A stretch of 63,015 bases of DNA, filler included, from Vannella sp. (lineage: Eukaryota), in NCBI GenBank assembly GCA_023345925.1. It is 7 parts of 7 records of this genome, joined end to end, with 100 filler letters (N's around TTAATTAATTAA, not from the genome) between each part and the next. Parts side by side here need not be neighbours in the genome. Positions count along the whole stretch, not along the records: positions 1 to 4,419 come from JAJQQN010000375.1; positions 4,520 to 23,366 come from JAJQQN010000056.1; 5 more parts are not named here. One strand, given 5' to 3'. Below, piece after piece: positions 1-10,712 of this stretch. The notes under the pieces were generated by a model, which was given only the letters and a program-made list of their open reading frames with translations, made no database searches and was not told where the DNA came from. Numbering within the stretch: the first letter of the stretch is position 1; every line of letters begins with the position of its first letter. Both the position numbers and the translations under genes were made by a program.

Positions 1-204
1 TTCATTAGTAAAGGTCCCGATCGAATGTAGAGTTACTTTTCAACCATGGCCAGGGGACGGTTGGTTGAACTCTGGTTGTCACCCAGCCTCCCTCCTTTCT
101 TCTGAACTTTTTAGGCAAGCGGCCCTGGTATTGATAAATCAAAGATCAAACCTTCCTATGGCGGGGAATCACTCTTTCTTGTCCAACTGCGGGTGACCAC
201 GAAA

Positions 205-3001
205 ATGGCTCTCACAAACAGTAACGCAGCTATCTCCTTGTTGGAACGAGGCGGGAGCCTCGCCAAGCTGTACATCAAAGATGGAAGCGACGAAACTGAG
301 CAAACTCTTGCTGTCAAGTGGGCTGCGCTTGCTTCCTACATGCCCAACGGTGCGTCAAAGACCTTCACCCGCCGATAACTCTTTCTCACACCCACTCAGA
401 TGTGGACGCAATTGAAGAGTCGTTTGTACGCCATGTTGAGTACACTTTGGCTCAAACCCGCAACAACCTGACCCCTTATTGGTCCTTCAAGGCTTGTTCC
501 CTTGCGTAAGACCCGCAAACCCTTCCCTTCCATGTTTCTAACTAGTTTAAAGGGTCCGTGATCGCCTTTTGGAGCGCTGGAAGGACACGCAGATCCACTT
601 CTTCGAGAAAGACTGCAAACGAGTGGCTTACTTGTCCTTGGAGTTCCTCATCGGGCGCTCCTTGCAGAACTCCATCCTCAACATGGACTTGGAGAGCCCC
701 TTTGCCTCTGCAATGTTTGGACTCGGACAGTCCCTTGAGGATACCTTCGAGCAAGAGCGAGACGCCGGTCTCGGTAACGGTGGACTTGGTCGTCTTGCTG
801 CTTGCTTCTTGGACTCTATGGCAACCTTGGATTACCCTGCGTGGGGCTACGGCTTGCGCTACAACTACGGGATGTTCCACCAGAAGATCAAAGAGGGCGA
901 GCAGATCGAACTCCCTGACTACTGGCTCTACCAAGGCTCTCCTTGGGAGATCGAGCGTATGGACGTAGTCCAGCCCGTGCGTTTCTATGGCCACGTGGTG
1001 GAGACCCGCCGCCCTGATGGTTCCATCCATCACGAGTGGGTTGGCGGTGAAGAGGTCCTTGCCGTCGCCTACGACGTCCCCATTCCCGGTTACAAGACCT
1101 ACAACACTCTCAACATCCGTTTGTGGAGCGCGCGCCCCTCCCGTGAGTTCAACTTGGGCACTTTCAACCAAGGTAACTTCTACGAGAGCGTGGAAGAGCG
1201 CCAGAAGGCAGAGGCTATCACCTATGTACTCTACCCTAATGACAACACGGACAAGGGCAAAGAGCTCCGCCTGAAGCAGCAATACTTCTTCGTGTGTGCG
1301 ACCATGTCCGATCTCATTCGCCGCTTCAAGCGAACCCACAGTGACTTTAACCTGTTCCCTGAGAAGGTTGCCGTTCAACTGAATGACACTCACCCCACTC
1401 TGGCCTTGGTCGAGCTCTTCCGCGTGCTGGTGGACTGCGAAGGCTTCAGCTTTGATGATGCGTGGATGATCGTCAGCCGCACCTTCTCCTACACCAACCA
1501 CACAGTGCTCCCTGAAGCCCTTGAGAAGTGGGCGGTGAGCTTGATGGAGTCGTTGCTGCCACGCCATTTGCAGATCATTTACGAGATCAACTTGAAGTTC
1601 CTTCAGCAAGTGGACGCCAAGTGGCCTGGTGACATTGACCGCATCCGTGACATGTCTATCATCCAAGAGAAGCCTTACCGTGCTGTTCGCATGGCGAACC
1701 TGGCGATTGTCATGTCCCACACGGTCAATGGTGTGGCTGAGCTTCATTCTCAGTTGCTGGTGGACTCTGTGTTCCCTTACTTCCACCAGTTCTTCCCTGA
1801 TCGCTTCCAGAACAAGACGAACGGTGTCACTCCTCGCCGTTGGCTCCATCAGGCTAACCCAGCGTTGAGTGCGCTCATCAGTCAACGCTTGGGCTCCAAG
1901 GACTGGTTGCTGGATCTCACTGAGCTCAAGAAGCTCGAGCCTTTGGCTGGCGACAGCGAATTCCAGCGCGAATGGATGGCAGTGAAGAGAGTGAACAAAG
2001 ATCGCTTCGCCAAGTGGATCAAACGCAAGTACGACATTGAAGTGTCCCCTGATGTCCTCTTCGACATCCAGGTGAAGCGTATTCACGAGTACAAGCGCCA
2101 GTTGATGAACATCCTGTACGTCATCTACCGCTACCGCACTCTCAAGTACATGAAAGAGTCTGAGAAGGCTGCTGTGACTCCTCGCGTTGTCTTCTTTGGT
2201 GGAAAGGCTGCGCCAGGCTACTACATGGCCAAGAAGATCATCAAGTTGATCAATAGTGTGGGAGAAGTGATCAACAACGATCCTGCCATCTCTCCCTACT
2301 TGAAGGTGGTCTTCATCCCTAACTACAACGTTTCCAAGGCTGAGGTGATCATCCCTGCCTCAGACATCTCCCAGCACATCTCCACTGCGGGCATGGAAGC
2401 CTCTGGTACCAGCAACATGAAGTTCGTCATGAACGGAGGTGTTATCATCGGTACTCTTGACGGAGCCAACATCGAGATCCTCGAGGAATGCGGGGACGAC
2501 AACATGTTCATCTTCGGCGCTCTCACCAAGGACGTGAACAGCATCCGCGAGAAGATCAACCAACCCACCTACGAACCTTCCCCCGCTTTCAAACAAGCTC
2601 TGGGCATGATCGCGACTGGCATCTTCGGCCAATCGGAGCAGTTCGAGGACGTCATCAACTCCATCACCAACGGGAACGACTACTACTTGGTCTCGTACGA
2701 CTTTGACTCGTACATTGACGCTCAGAACCGCATTGACGCGGCCTACAAGGACACAGAGCGCTGGGCCCGCATGTCCATTCTCAACTCCATCCGCGCCAGC
2801 AAGTTCTCCAGCGACCGGACCATCCACCAGTATGCTAAGGAGATCTGGAAGGTCGAGCCTTGTCGCCGTCCTGGTCCTGTCGCCTTCCAAGTCCAAGGTG
2901 ACACGGAAGGCATCATCAGCAACCGCAGCATCCTCTTGGAGGGCAAAGACGACACTGTGTCGGTCGCCTCTCCGTCTGTCAAAGTCGAGTTCGACTTGTA
3001 A
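205..3001 (+). CDS. Glycogen/alpha-glucan phosphorylase
   Basis: ATG 205; GT-AG introns 350-399 and 506-552 restore an open frame into ORF 569..3001. GT35 motifs: GLGNGGLGRLAACF, LYPND, QLNDTHP, QVKRIHEYKRQ, EASGTSNMKF (PLP lysine), GTLDGAN. Confidence 0.97.
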
Positions 3002-3109
3002 GTCTCACCAGAGTCTCCTTTGGAGGCCTAGGAGGGCCAGAGGGGCTCCCCTCTCCTTCCTCCACCCTTCTACGTTATAAAGGCGTCAAGTTTAGTGTCA
3101 AAAAGGCCC

Positions 3110-4132
3110 TCACTGGCGTAAGGCGTCCGCGTATTCGAGTTGGTCGGAGAGGAAGTAGTCTGCCATGTCTAGGGCCACCAAGCAGCTCTCAGACACAAGA
3201 GGCTCCTTGTCTTGAAGGTAGCCAGCCAGGATCTTCTCCACCTGGCGGTCAGGCAACGCGCCGATCGCCTCGGCAGCTTCATGACGGACCATTGGGTGTT
3301 CCAGGGGGTTCGCTAGCACTTTCTGGAGGCCTTCGAAGCTGCTGGATTGTTGCATCTGTCCTAGAACGTACGCAATCTCATGACGGAGCAGCGCACTCTC
3401 CGCAGCGAACCCTCGGATAAGGGCGGCCACGCTGGCCTCGTTGTTCATGTCGCGGAGGGCAAAGAGAGCGCAGTAACGCTCGAAGATGCCTTTGGTCTCA
3501 TCAAGGAGGACCAGCTCCAGCTTCTCGGGATCGTCCACGAGGGAGGAGGGCGCGGGATCGACGGTGAAGAAGTCAGACTCTCCTGCCTTCTTCTCTCGCT
3601 CGATAGGATCTTTGATCGTTTGTAGCCATTTGATGCGAGCTACTGCAAGTTGGCAGGTCTCTCGAACCTCTTGGCTGGGGTCCTCTACGAAGGGTTCGAC
3701 CAAAGCGAGGCATTCATCTGTCCCAATGGCTCCCAGAGCCTCTCCTGCCTCATGTCGAACAACTGGATGCTGCTCTGTATCCTCAAGAAGGTTTTTGAGC
3801 ACCTCAATCGCCTCAGGATCGCGCATCTGTCCAATAGCATACGCAACTTCATGTTTCAGCAAGACCGACTCATCTGCAAAGGCTACAAGCACTCCCCGTC
3901 AGCCCTCTCTCCTACAAACAACCATCAAGACCAATAACTCACCCGTAGTAAGCGCTCTGATCGCCAAAGGGCCACCAAGGTTCTTCAACGTGAAGACGGC
4001 GCGGAAGCGCTCAGGCAAAGGCGTTGATTTGGAGGCCAAAGCAGCCTCAATAGGAGCTATCAACTGGGCAGTGACAAGCACCTTTGTGGAGCATGTGGAT
4101 GAACGAGACTCGTACGCCTCCTCCACGGCCAT
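3110..4132 (-). CDS. DOHH: Deoxyhypusine hydroxylase
   Basis: HEAT-like repeats with four His-Glu motifs (KHEVAY, RHEAGEALG, RHEIAY, RHEAAEAIG); N-terminal RFRAVFTLKNL; one intron 3883-3942. Confidence 0.95.
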
Positions 4133-4163
4133 GAGGAAATGAAACCGAGAAAACCTCATTTTG

Positions 4164-4419
4164 ATGGCTTCGCGGGTTCGGGTGGGGCCCAAGACGGCGG
4201 GGGCGAAGGGCTTTTCGCTGTCTCAGAACGAGCGGCGCGTGCAGATGTTGAAGAAGCAGCATGAGCGGAAGGAGATGAAGCTGGAGCAGATACGACAGCT
4301 CGCTTGCAACCAGCAAGACGACGAGGAAGAGGAGCGCGCGGGGGAGGAGCAAGTGGAAGCTATGGAGGAGGAAGAGGAGGTGCCAGATGTAAAGAGGGAG
4401 AAGCCTACTTATCAGAATC
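4164..4419 (+). CDS. Probable snurportin-1, N-terminal fragment (3' truncated by contig end)
   Basis: SQNERRVQMLKKQHERK...IRQLA resembles the snurportin importin-beta-binding segment, followed by an acidic linker and YQN (cf. YANQLM). The ORF runs into the spacer. Confidence 0.6.
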
Positions 4420-4519
4420 NNNNNNNNNNNNNNNNNNNNNNNNNNNNNNNNNNNNNNNNNNNNTTAATTAATTAANNNNNNNNNNNNNNNNNNNNNNNNN
4501 NNNNNNNNNNNNNNNNNNN
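4420..4519. other. Artificial contig spacer
   Basis: 44 N + TTAATTAATTAA (stops in all six frames) + 44 N. Confidence 0.99.
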
Positions 4520-7500
4520 GACAAGGCCATTCCCGCACATCTCAGGAGCGCTTTACAATCACCGAGAGCCCTGGCCGATGCCAATCCTGTTCGATTTATG
4601 TTCAACGCGCAATCCCTCGCTGTTCAAAAGGAGGCAATCGAGAGGCAGTTTCTACAAGCTCGCAGCGTTTTCACCTTTTCCTTTCAATTCACCCAACTTC
4701 CCTTCGCGATTAACACAGTGGATGGTGTGGAGGGCAAGTGGATGAAGCACGTGGCATTCGGTTTCGTACTCTATTTCCCCTATGAAGATGGAGAGACTCG
4801 TCCACACGGACCCAGAGTTGAGTATTACTGGCTAGGTCGTCTTCTTCCAGGGGAGCTCGAAATTCCACCGTTTATGACCACCGAACACAACCGAAAGGTG
4901 GGAGGAGAGCTGTTGGAGCGAACCAAAGCTTTTGTGTTCCTCAACCGATCATTTGTTCCATCTCCAGACAAAAGATGCTTCAAAGAGAGGAACGAAGGGC
5001 TCACTCGCTGTATGAAGAACAAAGGGTTGATTTCCAAATTCCAAAAGTGGGTTGGAGAGTGCCACAAGAGCTTTGACAAGGAGCTTCAATTTGAAGATTT
5101 CTTTTTGGATGAGAAAATTAACGGCCAGGATGTCAGATCCTACAAGACCCTCAAAACTGTGAACGGCGCCACGTTTGGTCAGCATGATCCAGTTTGCTTA
5201 GTCAGCAAAAGCTCTGTAGCCAGCAAGAAGAGTTATGGCAGAATTGAACGCTTTCAGCATTATGTTAACTCCAGTACCGGGGAACGGACTTTCTGTTCCG
5301 TCATCATCATCCCTGAAACCTTTGTTCGCTTCAAGGAAGAGATTTTCTCTCTTGATGACTATGAGCTGGAGCTGCTGACCAAGGAGAAATGGGACGCAAC
5401 AATGAGGCAGTTCTGTGAAGAGCGGCCTTTTCGAGTGGTGCTTTTCCATCACCAAAAGAAAAACCAGATTCGCAAACCTGCTCCTGAGAAGGGATTGAAG
5501 AAGTTTGAACTGAGGACAACTGAGGAGGAGGAGTTCCGAGTTTACTACTTCAGTGAGGCAGGAGAATCTCAGAACTATGACACTCTATCGTTAGATTGGG
5601 AGATATTGTCACATGAACCAGATCCAAATCGCGCTCTACCTTCTGATAGAGGTCTACAGCAGGCGAAGAAGCAAAAGTACATTGGCTTCACAATCAGTGG
5701 GAAGATTCCTCCTGGCGTGTATCGGCTGAGATTGAATGCTTATGTCCATCCCGAGAAAATGGTTGATCCCAAAGGCTTCCAAGCTCTGACAACCTTCATC
5801 CCGTTCGAGATTGTTTCTGGAAAGCCAGAGAACCTCATTTTGAAAAATCGCGACCTTCGTGTCAAACTTGGTTCTCCGTTTCTACCCCCGGTTCTCATGG
5901 CTCAGGATGAAGCCAGAATGAATTGCAAATGGAATCCCGAAGATCCTCCCGCCATGATAGTTGAAGGCAAGCGCTTCTCTATCACACGAAGTCTAATTGA
6001 ATTCAATGGAGGCCAGGCAGCATTTGGTTCTATTGTTGTGGAGTTAGTGGAGAAACTTGCCCTAAGCCCGGAGGAGAAGATCACTTTTTGCTTTACTTTT
6101 CACAATTTGTGTGTGAAACAGGAGTTCATGTTAGAGCCGGGAGACATTCATCACTGCAAGTTGAAAGGCCCCCTGGAAGGACAAAATAACTCTCTAGTTT
6201 CTTTCCATGCTCTGCCATTTGATCGATACAACAATTTGGTGGAGAAGGACGAGCTGCAGATTGAGTCCTACGATCTTGCTCCCCAATCATACCAAGTCAG
6301 TGGTGACATGGATCACGTTCTTACTTACAGATTCTCAACGACCTTGTTCACTTCGTACCAGCTGCCCAAAAAGGCACATTCAGACCACATTGAACTCCTT
6401 GGCGCTCCTATTTTCGACGAGAAGAAAAACAGGAATATTTACATGGCTTTCTCCGTTCATGGGCAAGTTTTCCAGACAGGTGACTTCTTTGAGTGCTTCC
6501 GCGGTGGGTCAACACAACGTTATCTGACCCAGAGAGCTTTTGGATTGATTGCTTACGCATTCCTTGATGACCAGAAACATAAGCGTTTTCAGTTTTCCTT
6601 CGTTTACCATCCGCAGCATCCAGAATCGAAACACGAGGCTATTTTTGAGAGGGAGGAATATGACAAAAAGGAACTGATTCTATCTGACTTTATCTACTCC
6701 AAAGAAGAGATCCGCTCCACAGTTTATCGCAAGATTCATGTTCTATCTCAGGAACAATTTAAGATTCTGTCAGCAACAGCGGGTCAGGATGCCAAATCTG
6801 TTTATTTCACTCGCCGTTTCCTCCACTACCACCCCAGTAGTCCAATGATGAGCTCCATGGTTGTTGGCAAATCAAAAACGCTAAGATTTGAGGGTTATCG
6901 ATTCTGGCTGCCTACTAGTTTTCCAGATGGTTATGTGGAAAAGCCTAGTGCAACCCGGACAGAAGCACTCCGTATCAGTTCCAAATTGATAGAGCAGCTA
7001 CCGTGCTTCCTCTCTCATTCTTCGTTTGCTTGGTTTGTGAATGGTAAGATTGTTCATGATCTTGCTGCTCTAGGAGATAAGGAACTGCCAAGTGGAAGTA
7101 TTCTGTGCTACATGCCAATTCGAAGCATCCCAGATGATAGCACAAATAGCAGTGTTTCACTAAGACTCATTCCGGAGGCCCCTCAATCACTATTCATGGT
7201 ATCTCACCATCGAGTGAACATCACCCCTTCATCTGGTCCCAGTCGCATTTTGATTGAAGTTCGAGACGAACTTATCTTTTTTGATGAGGTTTCGATCCAA
7301 GGACCTGCCGGGGCGAAGTTTACTCTCCAATGCACCGTTACTACAGAGTTTGGGGAAGATTCTGCAGTCCAGCAGCTCTCAATTTACACTCTGAAGGGTG
7401 CAGTTCGCAAACTCATGAGAACAATAGCTCTTGGAGGCCACCAGGCTCTCCCTATGTTCCAGATTCCGGAGCAACTCGGTCAACATCAATGGCAGTTTGA

Positions 7501-9985
7501 GGTCAATACAGCGACTGGGCCTATATCTCGTTCAGTCACAGTGGAGAGTACAATTGGGAAGCCTCACCAACTGATCGTTTCCTTTCCAAGTTCATCAGCT
7601 AACACCGAGCGCCATTCGTGTATTCAATGCGGCGCCAACAGCCGGATAGAGTTAACCATAGCCGATGCAAACGTGATCAGGTACAGCGAGGAGCATTGGA
7701 CAAAACATCACCTTAGTATTGAGGACATAACGATAGAAGACGAAACAGGGGGACAGAGTGGAGATTCTCCTGTCGTTTCCCTCGAAATTACTCGATGTAA
7801 AACAGATTATCCTCCCAGTTGTGAGTTTGAGATCGTCAGCCAAGCGTCAAAGTTGAACCTTTTAGTCACTGCAAGAATCTCCTACACCGCACCTGGATCA
7901 GATCCTACTACTGTATCCATTGCAGCGAATGTGTCTGTGAAGGTGGTCCCAGGTGAGGCTTCTAGCATCAAGTTCCGATGGCTAAACGCTCAGCTCTACA
8001 CTCACCAGCCTGTCCGTATTCGAGCTCATTTACAAGATGTTGGCAAGAACTTGGTGATTGACCCAACGAAGAAGCTGTTTATCTCCTTACAAAATGGGCA
8101 AGTGGACATCGTACCCAAGACAGAGATGGATTCGAACAAAAGTGGAAGCTATCAGATTGATCTCCAGGGTCCAAAGGATCCAGGAAACTGCTTGTTGACT
8201 GTCGAGGCAGACCGCAGCCGGCGCGGTACCCGAGAAATCAAATTGGAGACAAAGTCATGTTTCTTCGAGGAGGCATACAACATTGCTTCTGGAATCCAAT
8301 TTTTCGGAATTGAAGGACTCCGAGCAGGGAAGCCCTGCGAAATCCAAGCGGTGGCCGTGGCCGGGGCTAACCAAACACTATCGGATACTCCAGTCGAGTT
8401 TAAAGTGAAGGATTCCGACGGTCGATTGGTAGATCAATCAAAGCCCCTTGTCAAAGCTGGAGTTTACATTGTGGAAGCGTTCATTGACAAGGACAGAACT
8501 GCTACTGGCCTCCCTATTCAAGATAGAAAAGAGTTCCAAGTTGCTTCTGCTCAACCAAGCTCATTTGTTTGTGACCCTACACTTTCAGACTGCATACTAT
8601 CTGAAGGCCAGTGGCTTTGGGAAGGCCAATTACTAATTCAGGTCCAAGACGAGTTCAAAAACTTTTGCAATGACCAACGCGGGAACATTTCCGTCTCGAT
8701 TTATAGCGAGGAATCGAATAGCACGTGCTTCTCTGATCTGTTTCCGCTCCAGCAAGGAAAATGCAGGATCTTGGACAGGATTTTCCTTGAGGACAAAAAT
8801 TTTGGCTCTGGGTCATTCTGCCTTACTTTGGAGTTTGGTGCAGGAGAAGACGCCATTCGAAGAGAGGTCAACTTTTCCACCAAACAGGACCCACGTGCCA
8901 TGGCAAACATGCTAGCCCAGGCACACAGGAAATTGGACGAACTGGAGAGGAAATATGAAGCGCAAAGGCCTCAGTCGGAGAGGATTGAGGGACAACTAAC
9001 CCGAGTTCGAGATCAGTTGCAAAACGCCAAATTGAAATACCAAGAACTCGAGCAATCTCCAGATGTTGTCGACAAGGTGCCTCCCCAATTCCACGAGTGC
9101 TATGATATGATCAAGGATATGCGGGTTTACCACACCTATCCGAAGCACATCCTCGGAAGCTTGGCTGACTTGTGTTACATCGGGAATTTGGGGTCCTCTT
9201 GGAGTTCTACGGATCTGGCCAAGTTGAATGAACAGCTTACCTCGTGGATTGGATCAACTCTGATTCAAGTTGCTGTGGACGGTGACCATGAAACGTTTGC
9301 GGTCATTAGCAAAGGAATCGGAGAAGAGTTACGAGATAGACGGATTTCCAAACCAGTGAAACTTCGCCACCTCCCAGAGTACGGTTCTCCCCCACAACTC
9401 CCAAGAGTGCATTTCGAAGGTTTTCTGGGATACGCTATTGACTTGATCTACTTTGACGAGAAGATGACACAGTTGCGCCTCAAAGAGCGCCTGTGGTACC
9501 CTATACTTCGAGAGACCATGGTCTTTAATACCAGCAGTAACCTCCTCGATTACGGAAGGCACAATCGCCGACCCTATCATGCCTTTTCCCTCGATGGGCA
9601 CCAAAGGAGAGGTTCCGTCTTGGAGATATCAGGGTACCGAGGGGGCCGTTCGAACTCTGTTCTTGCGTTCCGCGCCTTGGCCAGCGGCAATCTCCGGGAC
9701 CAATTGAGACAGGAGATGGGGGAGCTGAATAGAACCATTCAGAAGGGAGAGGATGATCTTCACCAGCAGAGAGCCCTCCAACAGGAGATCCTCAAGCAGC
9801 GCTCAGTTGTCCACCAATGGGAAACTCAACTGGGAGCATCACAGCGTTCCCCTGCCTTGTTCACACCTCGCAGTGTTACCCAAGACACCTTTATCCCACC
9901 TTCCCAGGCACCCCCTCCTCCCACCAGCCGAGTTCGCCGTCGTCATGACATGCCCAGCCGCCCCGCCAAGCGAGGGAAAAGGTAA
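4520..9985 (+). CDS. SMCHD1/GMI1-like protein, 5' truncated (transducer, BAH-like, Ig-like linker repeats, second BAH, coiled coil, SMC hinge)
   Basis: The frame is open from the contig edge (4520) to 9985. YYWLGRLLP...ERTKAFVFLNRSFVPSPDK and FQKWVGECHKSFDKELQF match the SMCHD1/GMI1 post-ATPase region. Repeated D-x-x-x-N Ig-like strands (PFDRYNN, LQDVGKN, VQDEFKN). C-terminal hinge ILGSLADL...GFLGYAIDLI...LKERLWY...AFSLDG is DMS3/GMI1-like and flanked by coiled coils. Confidence 0.82.
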   Translation, partial: DKAIPAHLRSALQSPRALADANPVRFMFNAQSLAVQKEAIERQFLQARSVFTFSFQFTQLPFAINTVDGVEGKWMKHVAFGFVLYFPYEDGETRPHGPRVEYYWLGRLLPGELEIPPFMTTEHNRKVGGELLERTKAFVFLNRSFVPSPDKRCFKERNEGLTRCMKNKGLISKFQKWVGECHKSFDKELQFEDFFLDEKINGQDVRSYKTLKTVNGATFGQHDPVCLVSKSSVASKKSYGRIERFQHYVNSSTGERTFCSVIIIPETFVRFKEEIFSLDDYELELLTKEKWDATMRQFCEERPFRVVLFHHQKKNQIRKPAPEKGLKKFELRTTEEEEFRVYYFSEAGESQNYDTLSLDWEILSHEPDPNRALPSDRGLQQAKKQKYIGFTISGKIPPGVYRLRLNAYVHPEKMVDPKGFQALTTFIPFEIVSGKPENLILKNRDLRVKLGSPFLPPVLMAQDEARMNCKWNPEDPPAMIVEGKRFSITRSLIEFNGGQAAFGSIVVELVEKLALSPEEKITFCFTFHNLCVKQEFMLEPGDIHHCKLKGPLEGQNNSLVSFHALPFDRYNNLVEKDELQIESYDLAPQSYQVSGDMDHVLTYRFSTTLFTSYQLPKKAHSDHIELLGAPIFDEKKNRNIYMAFSVHGQVFQTGDFFECFRGGSTQRYLTQRAFGLIAYAFLDDQKHKRFQFSFVYHPQHPESKHEAIFEREEYDKKELILSDFIYSKEEIRSTVYRKIHVLSQEQFKILSATAGQDAKSVYFTRRFLHYHPSSPMMSSMVVGKSKTLRFEGYRFWLPTSFPDGYVEKPSATRTEALRISSKLIEQLPCFLSHSSFAWFVNGKIVHDLAALGDKELPSGSILCYMPIRSIPDDSTNSSVSLRLIPEAPQSLFMVSHHRVNITPSSGPSRILIEVRDELIFFDEVSIQGPAGAKFTLQCTVTTEFGEDSAVQQLSIYTLKGAVRKLMRTIALGGHQALPMFQIPEQLGQHQWQFEVNTATGPISRSVTVESTIGKPHQLIVSFPSSSANTERHSCIQCGANSRIELTIADANVIRYSEEHWTKHHLSIEDITIEDETGGQSGDSPVVSLEITRCKTDYPPSCEFEIVSQASKLNLLVTARISYTAPGSDPTTVSIAANVSVKVVPGEASSIKFRWLNAQLYTHQPVRIRAHLQDVGKNLVIDPTKKLFISLQNGQVDIVPKTEMDSNKSGSYQIDLQGPKDPGNCLLTVEADRSRRGTREIKLETKSCFFEEAYNIASGIQFFGIEGLRAGKPCEIQAVAVAGANQTLSDTPVEFKVKDSDGRLVDQSKPLVKAGVYIVEAFIDKDRTATGLPIQDRKEFQVASAQPSSFVCDPTLSDCILSEGQWLWEGQLLIQVQDEFKNFCNDQRGNISVSIYSEESNSTCFSDLFPLQQGKCRILDRIFLEDKNFGSGSFCLTLEFGAGEDAIRREVNFSTKQDPRAMANMLAQAHRKLDELERKYEAQRPQSERIEGQLTRVRDQLQNAKLKYQELEQSPDVVDKVPPQFHECYDMIKDMRVYHTYPKHILGSLADLCYIGNLGSSWSSTDLAKLNEQLTSWIGSTLIQVAVDGDHETFAVISKGIGEELRDRRISKPVKLRHLPEYGSPPQLPRVHFEGFLGYAIDLIYFDEKMTQLRLKERLWYPILRETMVFNTSSNLLDYGRHNRRPYHAFSLDGHQRRGSVLEISGYRGGRSNSVLAFRALASGNLRDQLRQEMGELNRTIQKGEDDLHQQRALQQEILKQRSVVHQWETQLGASQRSPALFTPRSVTQDTFIPPSQAPPPPTSRVRRRHDMPSRPAKRGKR

Positions 9986-10149
9986 GGAAAGGCCATCGCC
10001 CTTGCCCGTCGTCATCGCGACTGTCCGCGGCTCTCCTTTCTTCCTTTCTTGTGCTTTCTCACAATAACACTTTCACTTCTTCCAAGATTCTCTTCTTCAT
10101 TGGATGGAGCTCACTTGGGGCTTTTTGAGCCATTTTTTGTCGACTTGGG

Positions 10150-10629
10150 ATGCCGGAGGGCTTTGGGTTGGCGAGGAGACTGGTGCTTGTGTGGATTGTG
10201 TTGCTTCTGCATGTGAGCTTGGTTTCTGGGCAGCTTTGGACGGCGAACGGGACCGATCTGTCGGTTCCTAAAGGCCAGGCGTGGTGTTACTCTTACTATG
10301 CGTCCACTGTGCACATCTCCCAGGCTGATACGTTTGCTGAAGGCTCCTCAAACAACTTGTACGCTCATGTGTCAGTGTATGCGAGTCCAGATCTTGCTAT
10401 TGAGTCCCAATCCACCACCTTGGGCAGTTGCTTGCCCACTCGCGGTACCAACAAGACGTGCAGTACCAGCAGCGATAACGTCTTCACCTACGTAAGCTAC
10501 GATCCTCGCTATATCCTTGCGTGCTTTGAATGCCACTACTGGCTTGGCCCTTGCGTCTTCCAGAACTACTTTACTACTCTCAGCCAGGAGCCCAAAGGCA
10601 GCTGGGTGCCGTGCTCAGCATGTAATTGA
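10150..10629 (+). CDS. Small secreted Cys-rich hypothetical protein
   Basis: 159-aa ORF with a hydrophobic signal peptide (LVLVWIVLLLHVSLVSG), several Cys and N-glycosylation sequons; no family recognised. Confidence 0.6.
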   Translation: MPEGFGLARRLVLVWIVLLLHVSLVSGQLWTANGTDLSVPKGQAWCYSYYASTVHISQADTFAEGSSNNLYAHVSVYASPDLAIESQSTTLGSCLPTRGTNKTCSTSSDNVFTYVSYDPRYILACFECHYWLGPCVFQNYFTTLSQEPKGSWVPCSACN

Positions 10630-10712
10630 AGGGAATACACTTTGACACAACTACTGAGAGCGACAGAGAAGGAGGAAGCAGCCTTTCCACACTTTTTGGG
10701 CGCCCTCTGCTG

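Noticed and set aside
542..2086. 514-aa antisense ORF (also 2360-2896, 59582-60460 and similar)
   Set aside because: Shadow frames opposite strongly codon-biased real genes; no recognisable motifs.
4420..4519. Recurring TTAATTAATTAA palindrome within N runs (six times)
   Set aside because: Identical artificial linker between concatenated contigs; no gene-neighbourhood inference was made across it.
4520..9985. 5.4-kb intronless frame as viral or mobile insertion
   Set aside because: Other native genes here also have >3-kb exons (Furry-like, BIG), and the product matches a eukaryotic chromatin family.
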